DNA from: an uncultured Gammaproteobacteria bacterium
GTDB lineage: Bacteria > Patescibacteriota > Patescibacteriia > Patescibacteriales > JAGXOH01
Direction of reading: 5' to 3'
NCBI GenBank assembly: GCA_964635515.1
Contig: CAZWNU010000003.1
Span: 1-61,219 of the forward strand
Length of the DNA stretch: 61,219 bases
This document shows, one piece after another, positions 39,496-49,431 of this stretch. Position 1 is the first letter of the stretch; each line of letters begins with the position of its first letter. The notes under the pieces are model-generated. The model saw nothing but the letters and a program-made list of their open reading frames with translations, ran no database searches and was not told the origin of the DNA. Both the position numbers and the translations under genes were made by a program.

Positions 39496-40641
39496 ATGGT
39501 AAAAATTAAAAAGAGTTTAAAAAATTTTTTAGCGCCAGGGAAGAATGAACATGAACCGGACAAGCTTTTAATAGCATTAGTGGGTATTGTTTTGATCTTT
39601 GGTCTAATAATCCTTTCCAGCGCCACCTCTGTTATAGCCTACAACCGATTTGGAGATAGTTATTATTACTTTAATAGTCAATTGGTTTCCGTTATACTGG
39701 GTGTTTTTGTCTTTTTTATTTTTTCTAAGATAAATTACACTTTTTGGAAGAAGTATGCCGTATTCTTTTTGGCTGTTTCTTGCTTTTTGTTGCTCCTGGT
39801 CTTCATCCCCGGCCTGGCAGCTGACTATGAGAAAGCCCGGAGATGGATAAATATTTTCGGCTTTTCCTTGCAGCCCTCGGAGTTTGTAAAGATCTTTTTT
39901 CTAATTTATTTGGCTGCTTGGCTGGAGAGGAGAAAAGAGGATCTGGGATCGATCTCTACCGGCATCGGCCCCTTCTTATTTGTTCTGGCCGCAATCACTT
40001 TTTTGATGTTTTTGCAACCGGACATAGGCACCCTTTCGGTCGTCTTGGGTTCTTCTTTGATCGTTTATTTTGTCGGAGGAGGCAAGATCCTTCATCTGAT
40101 AGTTGTTAGTTTGATCGGGTGCAGTTTGCTTTTCGGTGCCTATCAGACCATGCCCTACATTCAAGATCGTTTTAAATGTTTTGTTAACCCCCAATTGGAT
40201 ACCAGGGATGTTTGTTATCAAGTCAATCAGTCTTTGATAGCGGTCGGTTCTGGTGGTTGGTGGGGCAGAGGCATTGGAGAAAGTAGGCAAAAATTCGCCT
40301 ATTTGCCGGAAATCAGCGGTGATTCCATTTTTTCTATTATGGCTGAAGAAGTGGGCTTTGTTTGGTCCTCTTTATTGATCTTCCTATACTTTCTGATTTT
40401 TTATAGAGGGGTCAGGATAGCCAGATATGCTGCTGATAGGTTCGGGCAGCTCTTGGCGGTGGGTATTGTCTCTTGGATCATGCTGCAAACTCTTTTGAAT
40501 ATAGGTGGTATGATAAATATAATCCCCATAACAGGAGTGCCCTTGCCTCTGTTCAGTTACGGTGGTTCGGCCATATTGGCCACTCTAATGGCCTTGGGTA
40601 TTTTGGTTAATATTAGTAAATATACCACTGACAAAAAATGA
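39496..40641 (+). CDS. ftsW: SEDS peptidoglycan glycosyltransferase FtsW
   Basis: ARRWI, QPSEFVK, QPDIGT, YQVNQSLIAVGSGG, LPEISGDSIF, GVPLPLFSYGGS. Confidence 0.95.
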   Translation: MVKIKKSLKNFLAPGKNEHEPDKLLIALVGIVLIFGLIILSSATSVIAYNRFGDSYYYFNSQLVSVILGVFVFFIFSKINYTFWKKYAVFFLAVSCFLLLLVFIPGLAADYEKARRWINIFGFSLQPSEFVKIFFLIYLAAWLERRKEDLGSISTGIGPFLFVLAAITFLMFLQPDIGTLSVVLGSSLIVYFVGGGKILHLIVVSLIGCSLLFGAYQTMPYIQDRFKCFVNPQLDTRDVCYQVNQSLIAVGSGGWWGRGIGESRQKFAYLPEISGDSIFSIMAEEVGFVWSSLLIFLYFLIFYRGVRIARYAADRFGQLLAVGIVSWIMLQTLLNIGGMINIIPITGVPLPLFSYGGSAILATLMALGILVNISKYTTDKK

Positions 40642-41708
40642 AAAAGGAAAATAAAAAAACTATCTTCTTAACCGGAGGAGGAACCGGTGGCTCGGTCTCC
40701 CCACTTTTGGCAGTGAAAAAGTCTTTGGAAAAACATTCAGTTAATTGGGCTTTTGTTTGGGTAGGCACCAGGAACGGAGTGGAAAGAGAGATGATCAAGC
40801 AGGAGAAAAATATTAGTTTTGTTTCTATTCCCAGTGGCAAATTAAGGAGATATTTTTCTTGGCGCAACTTTGTTGATCCTTTTAAATTGATAATTGCTTT
40901 TTTTTGCTCTGTTTACCTCCTGTTCAAAAAAAAGCCCGACTTGGTGCTTAGTGCCGGTAGCTTCGTCAGTGTCCCGGTTGCTTGGGCGGCTTGGTTTTTT
41001 AGGGTGCCTGTTTTAATTCATCAACAAGACCTCAGGCCCGGTCTGGCCAACAAGCTAATGGCCCCTGTGGCCCGGGTGGTGACGGTTGCCTTTGCCAGCT
41101 CTCTAAAAGACTATGGAGCTAAGGCTAAACATATAGGAAACCCTTTGGAAATCGATCCCGGTCAGGGAGGAGGCGGGACCGGATTTGCCCTTGATCCCGA
41201 CTCCCCGGTCATCTTAATTACGGGCGGGGGCACAGGCTCCCTGGCTATTAACAGTTTGGTGGAGGAGAATATTGATGATTTACTTGAGATAGGTCAAATA
41301 TTTCACATAACTGGTAGAGATAAGAAAGTTTTAAATAAAAGATCCGGATATTTTGTTTTCCCCTTTCTGGAGCGTGAGTCTATGTTTGAGATTATTAGGA
41401 GGGCGGATGTGGTTGTGAGTCGAGCCGGCCTGGGGTCTTTGACCGAATTATCTTTTCTGGGAAAGCCAAGCATCTTAATTCCTTTGCCCGGGACCCATCA
41501 AGAAGATAATGCCCAAGAATTTAAAAACCATGAAGCAGCCCTTGTTTTGGATCAAAGGAAGCTTTCCGGAGAAGAGTTTAAGAACAGTATTAAAAGCTTG
41601 GTTGAGGATGAATCTCGGCGGAGAGAATTAAGTCAAAACATTCAAGGAGTTGTTAAACCGGGAGCGGAGCGGGAGATGCTTAGTATAATAAGACAGATAG
41701 TAAAATAA
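40638..41708 (+). CDS. murG: lipid II GlcNAc transferase MurG
   Basis: TGGGTGGSV, GSFVSVPV, HQQD..PGLANK, GNP, GGGTGS, SRAG, HQEDNA. Confidence 0.95.
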   Translation: MKKENKKTIFLTGGGTGGSVSPLLAVKKSLEKHSVNWAFVWVGTRNGVEREMIKQEKNISFVSIPSGKLRRYFSWRNFVDPFKLIIAFFCSVYLLFKKKPDLVLSAGSFVSVPVAWAAWFFRVPVLIHQQDLRPGLANKLMAPVARVVTVAFASSLKDYGAKAKHIGNPLEIDPGQGGGGTGFALDPDSPVILITGGGTGSLAINSLVEENIDDLLEIGQIFHITGRDKKVLNKRSGYFVFPFLERESMFEIIRRADVVVSRAGLGSLTELSFLGKPSILIPLPGTHQEDNAQEFKNHEAALVLDQRKLSGEEFKNSIKSLVEDESRRRELSQNIQGVVKPGAEREMLSIIRQIVK

Positions 41709-41744
41709 TCCGATAAATAAAAGTTATCGGTCAAACATAGTTTT

Positions 41745-43142
41745 ATGGACTTATCACGAATCAAAAAAATTTACATGATTGGAATTAAAGGGGTGGGTAT
41801 GACCATGTTGGCTCAATTTCTGAATCAAAAGGGTTTTAAGCTGAGCGGCTCTGATATTCCTGAGGAGTTTATGACCGATCAGACCTTAAAAGATGTCGGG
41901 ATTGAGGTCAAGAATGAATTTGATCCCAAAAATATACCCGGAGACACAGATCTAATAATTTATTCCACCGCCTATACCGAAAACACCAATCCGGAATTGG
42001 CTTGGGCGCAGAAGAACAAGTTTAAAACTCTCAGTTATCCCGAGGCTTTGAGTGATATTTTTAATCAATATTATGGTTTGGCGGTTACCGGAAGTCATGG
42101 CAAGACCACTACAACCGCTTGGTTGGGCTATGTTATGTTTCGAGCCGGTTTAAAACCCAATGTTTTAGTGGGTTCTCGGGTCGAGCAGTTCCAGGGCAGC
42201 GCCCTGGTAGGCCAATCGGATTATTTAGTGATCGAGGCTGATGAGTATCAGAATAAGCTTCAGTATTTTAATCCTAAGGCAGTTCTGTTAAACAACATTG
42301 AACACGATCATCATGATTTTTTTCCCACTCCTGAAAGTTACCTCCAAGCTTTTCTGAGTTTTATAAAAAGAATTCCCAGCAAAGGTTTTTTAGTGGCCAA
42401 TTTGGACGATCCTCAGATCCTCCATCATGCCGAGTCGAATTGCCAAGGGAGGGTTATTAGCTACGGAGTGGAGAATGAACAGGTCGATTTTTTCGGTTAT
42501 GATCTAAGACAAGACAGGGAAAAACAGTATTTCAAGGTCAGGGTCAAGGAAAAAGAAGAAGAGGGAGAGTTGGGAGATTTTAGTATTTCCTTGCCAGGCA
42601 AGCACAATATCTATAATGCCTTAGCTGTAATAGCCACCTCCATGGAACTAGGACTCGGTCTCCTGGAGATTCGAACCTATCTGGAGGAATTCCAAGGCAC
42701 CCATAGAAGGTCTCAGGTTATGGGAGAATTTCGAGGAGCTGTGCTAATAGATGATTATGCTCATCATCCCAGTGAGATTAGAACTACGCTTTCCGGTCTC
42801 AGACAGATCTATCCTGACAGAAAGATGAGAGTAGTTTTTCATCCTCATACTTATTCTCGAACCAAGGCCTTGCTAAAAGAGTTTTCCGAAAGTTTTGATG
42901 AAGCTCAGGAATTGATTGTCCTGGATATTTACGGTTCTGCCAGAGAGGAGCAGGGAGGAGTCCATAGCCGGGATTTGGTAAACAAGGCTAAAAAACACAA
43001 TCCCGAGCTTCAGGTCTCTCACATCCCCACTCTTAGGGAGTGTGAGGATTATTTAAGAAAAACTTTGGAATCCGGGGATCTGGCGGTTTTGATGGGAGCC
43101 GGAGATGTTTTTCGCATCGGGGACAATCTGGTAAAAGATTGA
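41745..43142 (+). CDS. murC: UDP-N-acetylmuramate--L-alanine ligase
   Basis: IGIKGVGM, GSHGKTTT, EADEY, PGKHNIYNA, DDYAHHPSE, FHPHTYSRT, MGAGD. Confidence 0.96.
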   Translation: MDLSRIKKIYMIGIKGVGMTMLAQFLNQKGFKLSGSDIPEEFMTDQTLKDVGIEVKNEFDPKNIPGDTDLIIYSTAYTENTNPELAWAQKNKFKTLSYPEALSDIFNQYYGLAVTGSHGKTTTTAWLGYVMFRAGLKPNVLVGSRVEQFQGSALVGQSDYLVIEADEYQNKLQYFNPKAVLLNNIEHDHHDFFPTPESYLQAFLSFIKRIPSKGFLVANLDDPQILHHAESNCQGRVISYGVENEQVDFFGYDLRQDREKQYFKVRVKEKEEEGELGDFSISLPGKHNIYNALAVIATSMELGLGLLEIRTYLEEFQGTHRRSQVMGEFRGAVLIDDYAHHPSEIRTTLSGLRQIYPDRKMRVVFHPHTYSRTKALLKEFSESFDEAQELIVLDIYGSAREEQGGVHSRDLVNKAKKHNPELQVSHIPTLRECEDYLRKTLESGDLAVLMGAGDVFRIGDNLVKD

Positions 43143-43218
43143 TTTTGTAATGTTTTTCTTTGAGCCACGTATTATTAAGTAGAGAAAAATTATTTTCGAT
43201 TTCTAGATCGAAGTCATG

Positions 43219-43242
43219 GAGGAGTAAAAAACTCCTCTTTTT
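43219..43242 (+). terminator. putative intrinsic terminator after murC
   Basis: GAGGAGT/ACTCCTC stem followed by TTTTT, ending 10 nt before the ABC gene start. Confidence 0.5.
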
Positions 43243-43251
43243 ATTGTTTTT

Positions 43252-45048
43252 ATGCGTAAGAAAAAAAAGGAAAAAATTAGATCAGCCGGAGGCGGGAGTT
43301 TCTGGAAGCAGTTATGGTCCATCCTCAGTCCTTCTCATAAGCAAATTAAATACTTGCTTTTTTTGATTGTTGTTTTCCGTTTGGTTCAGATCATCACTCC
43401 CTATATTATCAAATTGATCATTGATATTCTTTCCGCCTTCAGCCCGGAACAGGTGGTTCCTCTTATTCTTTTGATAATCATGCTTTTTTTCAGTGAGCAG
43501 TTGGCTTCAGCTATATCTTACTTCAAAGACAAGAAGACTTTTCGAGTTTTGGTCGAAGTGGAGTATTATCTACCTTTAAGGGTTCAAGAAAAACTGGTCA
43601 ACCTTTCTCTGGATTATCATGAAAGAGAAAATACAGGGAATAAGATCACTAAGATAGAGAGGGGAATCTCCAAAATTGTTCAACTATTGGCCAATATGGC
43701 TTTTGAGGTTGTTCCCACCGTATTTCAGTTGATTTTAACTTTAATAGTCTTAACCATCTTGGATTGGAGAATTGGTCTTTCTTTTGCTTTTTTCTCTCCC
43801 TTATTCATTTTAATTACTCTTAAGGTGAATCGAGACCTATATCCGATTCGAAAGAGTAGATATGAAAAACACGAGGAGTCTTCCGGTAAGATGGGGCAGT
43901 CGATAATAAATATCAACACAGTCAAATCTTTTAACCAAGAGGAAAGAGAGTTGAATGAATACGGAGGGATAAAGGAGAGAGTTCGGGATTGGGAGCTTTC
44001 CGAATGGTTTAAATTGCTCAAATGGAATCTGGGACGAAATTTTATTATCGATCTGGGCCGGGTTACCATATTATTCTTAAGTACCTATCTGGTTTGGCAG
44101 GGCCAAGTCAGTATCGGTTCCTTAGTCTTTGCTGTTACTTTGTCAGAAAAAGCCTATTTCTCCCTTTATCGTTTGTCTCGTTTTTATGACAGGATAGAAG
44201 AGGGGGCTGAGGCAGTTAACCGTTTTGTGGATATTATCAACGAAAAACCCAAGATTGAAAATCCTAAAAACGGCCTCAAACCGAATCGGATAGACGGCAG
44301 GATTGAATTCGAGGAACTTGATTTTAGTTATGGAGAAGATGTTAACAGAGATGTTTTTAAAGCCTTGGACAAAGTGAGTTTAAAGATCCCGCCCGGCAAG
44401 GTCACCGCTCTGGTCGGTCCTTCCGGGGGAGGTAAATCCACCATTGCCAAGATGATCTACAGACATTATGATCCTCAAAAAGGGAGAATTAAGCTTGATG
44501 GAAGTGATTTGAGAAAGTATGACCTTTATGCTCTAAGAAGTTCTATTGCCATAGTGCCTCAGGAAGTGGAAATATTCGACCTGAGTATCAGGGATAATAT
44601 AGCCTATTCCAAGCCCGGCGCCAGTTGGTCGGAGATCAAGGAGGCCGCTCGGATCGCCAATGCCGAAGATTTCATTAAGAATTTACCTCAAGGCTATGAC
44701 ACTTTAGTGGGAGAAAGGGGAATGAAGCTCTCCGGAGGTCAGAGACAAAGATTAGGCATTGCCAGAGCCGTTCTAGCCAATCCTTCCATCCTGATCTTTG
44801 ATGAGGCTACCAGTAACCTAGACAGCTATAGTGAAAAGTTGATCCAGAAATCTATGAGAAAGATCAGTCAAGGCAGGACCATGATAGTTATAGCTCATCG
44901 TTTAAGCACTATTCAGAGAGCTGATAAGATAATAGTTCTGGAGCGCGGCAGGGTGTTGGAACAGGGTTCTCACCGGGAGTTGGCCCGGATTGACGGAGGT
45001 CTATACAAAAAGCTTTTGGATCTACAAAAGACTGGTAGTATAGATTAG
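43252..45048 (+). CDS. half-size ABC exporter (TMD + NBD, MsbA/MdlB-like)
   Basis: Multi-TM N-terminal domain; GPSGGGKST, LSGGQRQR, LIFDEATS, IAHRLSTI. Confidence 0.93.
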   Translation: MRKKKKEKIRSAGGGSFWKQLWSILSPSHKQIKYLLFLIVVFRLVQIITPYIIKLIIDILSAFSPEQVVPLILLIIMLFFSEQLASAISYFKDKKTFRVLVEVEYYLPLRVQEKLVNLSLDYHERENTGNKITKIERGISKIVQLLANMAFEVVPTVFQLILTLIVLTILDWRIGLSFAFFSPLFILITLKVNRDLYPIRKSRYEKHEESSGKMGQSIININTVKSFNQEERELNEYGGIKERVRDWELSEWFKLLKWNLGRNFIIDLGRVTILFLSTYLVWQGQVSIGSLVFAVTLSEKAYFSLYRLSRFYDRIEEGAEAVNRFVDIINEKPKIENPKNGLKPNRIDGRIEFEELDFSYGEDVNRDVFKALDKVSLKIPPGKVTALVGPSGGGKSTIAKMIYRHYDPQKGRIKLDGSDLRKYDLYALRSSIAIVPQEVEIFDLSIRDNIAYSKPGASWSEIKEAARIANAEDFIKNLPQGYDTLVGERGMKLSGGQRQRLGIARAVLANPSILIFDEATSNLDSYSEKLIQKSMRKISQGRTMIVIAHRLSTIQRADKIIVLERGRVLEQGSHRELARIDGGLYKKLLDLQKTGSID

Positions 45049-45097
45049 AATTTATCAGAAGTAGATTTAAGATCGCTTTCAGGGTTGATTAAAGTTA

Positions 45098-45133
45098 AAA
45101 ACCCCCTAAAAATATTTTATTTTAGGGGGTTTT
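45098..45133. terminator. bidirectional terminator between the convergent ABC gene and dapA
   Basis: AAAACCCCCTAAA / TTTAGGGGGTTTT 13-bp inverted repeat. Confidence 0.75.
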
Positions 45134-45160
45134 AGGGTTTTTTTGCTACCTGCCACGAAT

Positions 45161-46204
45161 TTATTCGTAGAGTTCGTAGACGAGCGATTCCAGATATTTT
45201 TTCGTAGCCAGGTTGAAAATCGTGTCGGTCTGGAAAACCTGGGAAAGGAATTTGAAGTCTACTTCCCTTCTTTTGTATTGGGTGTCAAGCACATCCGTGA
45301 TTTTTTGTATTCCTCTATATGTCATTTTCCCAAGGGGTGGTCGGCAAGGCCCTACCGGTATTCCCAGCAGATTCATAATCGTTTTGACGGGCAGGGGGTT
45401 TCTGCTTTTGTTCAAAACTTTTCCATAAGAAGTTTCTTCTTCGGTTACGACGTTTACCAGGTCAAGCACTTCTCGGATTTCCTGATGGAAAGGATTTGGA
45501 AGATCTTCAAGGTGGGATTTTATCATGCATCTCAAGGGAAATGGGAAAACATTGGACATAACGGAAATGGCGCCGTCCGCCTTGATCTCCGGATCCAGCA
45601 TCAGTTCATTGGTCAAATGGTCGTCCCCGCTCAGTATAGATAGTTCCGGTCCGCACAATTCCCTGGTCTTTTTAATACCTTCCAGGTCTCCTGTAGCTAT
45701 CTTGACGCAGTTAATGTTGGAGAATTGTTGATGGAGAATGGCCAAGTGTGGAGGCAGAAGCTCGCATCCGGTTCGTCCCGGGATGATATAAGGAATGATT
45801 TCAATTTTCGGATAAGCGGATGCAATGGGGAGAATATATTCTTTCATGATTTCTCTTGAGCTGGGCCCATTGTAATAAGGGTCTACCAGTAATACCGCAT
45901 CCGCTCCGGCTTGGACCGCCATCTCGGTCAGGTCCATCGCCTCTAACAGATTGTTGCTTCCGGTTCCGGCCAGGCAGAGGCATCTGCCGTTCACCTTTTT
46001 TACTCCGAATTCAATGATTTTTTTGTGCTCCTCCGGAGATATGGTAGGACTCTCTCCGGTGGTGCCGACAAAGAGAATGCCATCCACCCATGAAGATAAT
46101 TGAAATTCAATCAGCTTTTCAAAATTGTCCCAGGCGATTTCCCCGTCTTTCCTAAAAGGGGTAACGATTGCGGTTATTAATCCTTGAATTTTTTTGGTCG
46201 TCAT
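45161..46204 (-). CDS. dapA: 4-hydroxy-tetrahydrodipicolinate synthase (DapA family)
   Basis: TAIVTPF, GTTGES, AGTGSN, PYYN, catalytic Tyr (PYIIPGRTG) and Schiff-base Lys (VKIATGD), LSGDD, NPLPVK; SD AAGGAGGT. Confidence 0.85.
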   Translation of the reverse strand: MTTKKIQGLITAIVTPFRKDGEIAWDNFEKLIEFQLSSWVDGILFVGTTGESPTISPEEHKKIIEFGVKKVNGRCLCLAGTGSNNLLEAMDLTEMAVQAGADAVLLVDPYYNGPSSREIMKEYILPIASAYPKIEIIPYIIPGRTGCELLPPHLAILHQQFSNINCVKIATGDLEGIKKTRELCGPELSILSGDDHLTNELMLDPEIKADGAISVMSNVFPFPLRCMIKSHLEDLPNPFHQEIREVLDLVNVVTEEETSYGKVLNKSRNPLPVKTIMNLLGIPVGPCRPPLGKMTYRGIQKITDVLDTQYKRREVDFKFLSQVFQTDTIFNLATKKYLESLVYELYE

Positions 46205-46471
46205 TGTAACCTCCTTTTTGCATCTTTTTTTGGGAATTGATTTTTTCCAATATTCCTATATTTTTGTGAAAGACCAGCACTTAATTGAGTAAAGATTAAA
46301 CAATCAAATGATTTTTGTCAATTATTAGCATCCCCCTAGAGTCCTGATGTCGGATTTTTGTTAAGGAGCAATCGGTTGATCAGGGGTTAGTGAAGAGGTT
46401 TTTGAATCAAAAAACTTTGTTTCTTAATTTTTATTTGTTAAACTGATTAAAAGGAAGAATAATATTCGATT

Positions 46472-47419
46472 ATGGAGATAGAAAAGAGGATAATAGAAAA
46501 CAGAGATCTTAAGGATCTGACCACTTTTCAAATCGGGGGTCGGGCCAGGTTTTTTTTGGAAGTTAAAAATGAGGATGACCTGATAAAGGTTCTGCAATGG
46601 GCTGGGAAGAGGCGGTTAAAATTATTTTTTTTGGGCGGCGGGAGTAATATTTTGTTCAGTGATGAGGGTTTTGACGGTTTAATTCTCAAGATGGCCAATC
46701 AAGAGTTCGAAATCAAGAAAAACTTGATCACCGGTGGTGGCGGGCTTGGTCTGGTTAAAATAATTAAGGAAGCGTCCCGATACGGTCTTTCCGGCCTGGA
46801 ATGGGCAGCCGGGATTCCGGGCATTACTCTGGGCGGAGCTATTCGCGGCAATGCCGGAGCCTTTGGTTTTTCCATGGCCGAATCTGTCAAATCGGTTTTA
46901 GCTTACGACACCAAACAGGAAGAATGGAAGAAATTTGGTCATAAGGACTGCCTCTTCGCTTATCGAAATAGCGTCTTTAAGCAAAGACCGGAGTTACTTA
47001 TTTGGAAGGCCGATCTGGAATTAAGTTTTTCCGAATCGGAAAAGGTCAAGCAAGAAATCAAGGAGAACGTGGGTAAAAGGATCAAGATTCAACCCAAAAA
47101 TCCCAGTGCCGGTAGCGTGTTCGAGAATTTTCAATTCGATTATTTGAAACAAAGAGCTCCTAGTTTGGCTGATCGGGCCCAATTTGAAGGGGTGGTTAAA
47201 GGCGGCATGGTCGGTGCCGGTTGGGTGATAGATCAACTGGACCTTAGAGGTAAGAGGATGGGGAAAGCTCAGATCAGTGAGAAGCACGCTAATTTTATTA
47301 TCAATTTGGGCGGAGCCAGCGCGCTTGACGTTATTGCCCTGGTCAGCTATGTTAAGCAAAAAGTCAGGCAAAATTTCAATCTTCAGTTACAAGAGGAGAT
47401 TCAATATGTCGGTTTTTAA
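46472..47419 (+). CDS. murB: UDP-N-acetylenolpyruvoylglucosamine reductase
   Basis: TTFQIGG, LGGGSN, GIPG.TLGGAIRGNAGA, FAYRNS, PSAGSVF, ISEKHANF, LQEEI. Confidence 0.96.
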   Translation: MEIEKRIIENRDLKDLTTFQIGGRARFFLEVKNEDDLIKVLQWAGKRRLKLFFLGGGSNILFSDEGFDGLILKMANQEFEIKKNLITGGGGLGLVKIIKEASRYGLSGLEWAAGIPGITLGGAIRGNAGAFGFSMAESVKSVLAYDTKQEEWKKFGHKDCLFAYRNSVFKQRPELLIWKADLELSFSESEKVKQEIKENVGKRIKIQPKNPSAGSVFENFQFDYLKQRAPSLADRAQFEGVVKGGMVGAGWVIDQLDLRGKRMGKAQISEKHANFIINLGGASALDVIALVSYVKQKVRQNFNLQLQEEIQYVGF

Positions 47420-47442
47420 TTTTTAACTTTATTACTAGACCA

Positions 47443-48936
47443 ATGAAAGTTCCTGAATATGTGACAAAAATAGTGTCTCAACTGGAAAAATCCGGCTACG
47501 AAGCCTATATCGTAGGAGGTTGTGTTCGAGATATACTGCAAGCAAAAACTCCCAAGGATTGGGATGTGACCACTAACGCCTTACCGGAACAGATTTTGGA
47601 TGTTTTTCCCGATGGCAAGTATGAGAATCGTTTCGGCACTGTTTTGCTTCCGATAGAGAAAAAGGAGGAGGCAGTGGATGTGGTTGAGATAACTACTTAC
47701 AGATCGGAAGTGGGCTATAGTGATCGGAGGCGCCCGGATGAAGTGAAATTCGAAAAAGAATTGGACAAGGATCTATCCAGGCGAGATTTTACCATCAATG
47801 CTTTGGCTATGAAAAAAAAGAGCAGCCCTGTGTCTGTTTCTCATCGGATCAAAGATGATCACAAAATAGAAAAAAACGGTTATATCATCATTGATTTTTT
47901 CGGAGGTGAGGAAGACATTAATAAAAAGATCATTCGAGCTGTGGGCGAGCCTTTGGATAGATTCAAGGAAGATGCTTTGCGTATGATGCGAGCCATCAGA
48001 TTAGCTGTGGAGCTTGATTTTGATCTGGAGCCGAAAACCCGAAGAGCTATTTACAAGATGGCAGGAGCTATTAAGTTCATCGCCAAGGAAAGGGTCAGGG
48101 ATGAGCTGATCAAGATCCTGGAATCCGATCGCGCTTATGAAGGTATTATGATGCTACATGATAATAAGTTGTTGCAATATATTTTACCGGAGTTGGAAGA
48201 AGGGGTTAATATTGACCAGAATCGTCATCACATATATACGGTCTTTGAGCACAATGTCTATTCTTTGAAAAATTGCCCCAATAAGGATTGGCGGGTTCGT
48301 TTCGCCGCCCTGGTCCACGATATCGCCAAGCCTAAAACCAGGAAGATGGTTAAAGGGGAGTATACTTTTTACAACCATGAATATTTGGGAGCTAAGATGG
48401 TTACTCGAATCACTAAGAGGTTAAAATTCAGCCATAAAGATGCAGATAAAATAATAACTTTGGTTAAGGCTCATATGTTTTACTATAATGTTGGGGAAGT
48501 AACCGAGTCTTCGGTTAGACGGTTGATCAGAAAAGTGGGGGAAGAGAACTTGAAGGACCTGATAGATCTGAGGGTGGCGGATCGCTTGGGTTCGGGTGTT
48601 CCTAAAGCCAAACCCTACAAGCTCAGGCATTTGGAATATATGATGAAAAAGGTCAGGAAGGATCCGATTTCCGTGAAAATGCTCAAAATTAACGGAGAAG
48701 ATTTGATGAAAGAATTAAAATTGGAACCCGGTCCCAAGATAGGGGCGATTTTAGATGTCCTTTTAGGCGAGGTTTTGGATGATCCCAAGTTGAATACCAA
48801 GAAATATTTATTAAAACGGGCTCGAGAGCTGGATAAGGCGGAGTTGGACCAACTTCGGGAATGGGCCCGGGATAGGATAGGAGAAGAAGAGGATAAAAAG
48901 GATAAAAAGATAAAAAAAGAGTTTTGGGTAAAGTAA
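47443..48936 (+). CDS. cca: class II tRNA nucleotidyltransferase (CCA-adding) with HD domain
   Basis: VGGCVRD, DWDVTT, RRDFTINA, EDALRMMRAIR, ERVRDE, HDIAKP. Confidence 0.9.
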   Translation: MKVPEYVTKIVSQLEKSGYEAYIVGGCVRDILQAKTPKDWDVTTNALPEQILDVFPDGKYENRFGTVLLPIEKKEEAVDVVEITTYRSEVGYSDRRRPDEVKFEKELDKDLSRRDFTINALAMKKKSSPVSVSHRIKDDHKIEKNGYIIIDFFGGEEDINKKIIRAVGEPLDRFKEDALRMMRAIRLAVELDFDLEPKTRRAIYKMAGAIKFIAKERVRDELIKILESDRAYEGIMMLHDNKLLQYILPELEEGVNIDQNRHHIYTVFEHNVYSLKNCPNKDWRVRFAALVHDIAKPKTRKMVKGEYTFYNHEYLGAKMVTRITKRLKFSHKDADKIITLVKAHMFYYNVGEVTESSVRRLIRKVGEENLKDLIDLRVADRLGSGVPKAKPYKLRHLEYMMKKVRKDPISVKMLKINGEDLMKELKLEPGPKIGAILDVLLGEVLDDPKLNTKKYLLKRARELDKAELDQLREWARDRIGEEEDKKDKKIKKEFWVK

Positions 48937-49424
48937 CTTTTAATTTTATGAATCCTAAAGATTATGATTTTATAACCAATATCTGTTATGTTTTCAACCG
49001 AGACGGGCAGGTGCTTCTACAGAGAAAAGCTCGAGGTTTTGGTCAGGGCAAATGGAACGGGCCCGGGGGTAAAAAGGAGAAAGGAGAAAGTATAGAAGAT
49101 TCGGTTAAAAGAGAAGTTTTGGAAGAAACTTGTTTAGAGATCTTGAATCCTCGGATAAGAGGGGAGTTGGGCTTTGTTTTTCCTGATAAAAAAGACTCTT
49201 TCTTTTCTTATGTTTTCGTAGTTACAGAGTTTCAAGGAGAACCCAAAGATACCGGCGAGGGTGTTTTAAAATGGTTTGATCTAGATAATATTCCTTTAGA
49301 GGAAATGTGGGATGATGATCGTTATTGGCTTAAGAGAGTTTTAGGAGGGGAGTATTTAAAGATGAAATTTTATTTCGACAAAGAAGGTAGGGTGGATAAA
49401 TACAAAGAAATCCAGCTCTCCTGA
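48924..49424 (+). CDS. MTH1-like 8-oxo-dGTP diphosphatase (Nudix)
   Basis: RGFGQGKWNGPGGK, Nudix box GESIEDSVKREVLEET, MWDDDRYW. Start may be ATG 48948. Confidence 0.88.
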   Translation: MGKVTFNFMNPKDYDFITNICYVFNRDGQVLLQRKARGFGQGKWNGPGGKKEKGESIEDSVKREVLEETCLEILNPRIRGELGFVFPDKKDSFFSYVFVVTEFQGEPKDTGEGVLKWFDLDNIPLEEMWDDDRYWLKRVLGGEYLKMKFYFDKEGRVDKYKEIQLS

Positions 49425-49431
49425 TTCCGGT

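Noticed and set aside
43160-43366. 68-aa ORF overlapping the ABC exporter start
   Set aside because: TTG start, no SD, low-complexity product and overlap with the real gene.
46205-46471. Lysine riboswitch upstream of dapA, or a full 6S RNA
   Set aside because: No AGAGGUGC-type lysine core on the minus strand; the hairpin is far shorter than a roughly 180-nt 6S RNA. Kept only as a low-interest hairpin.
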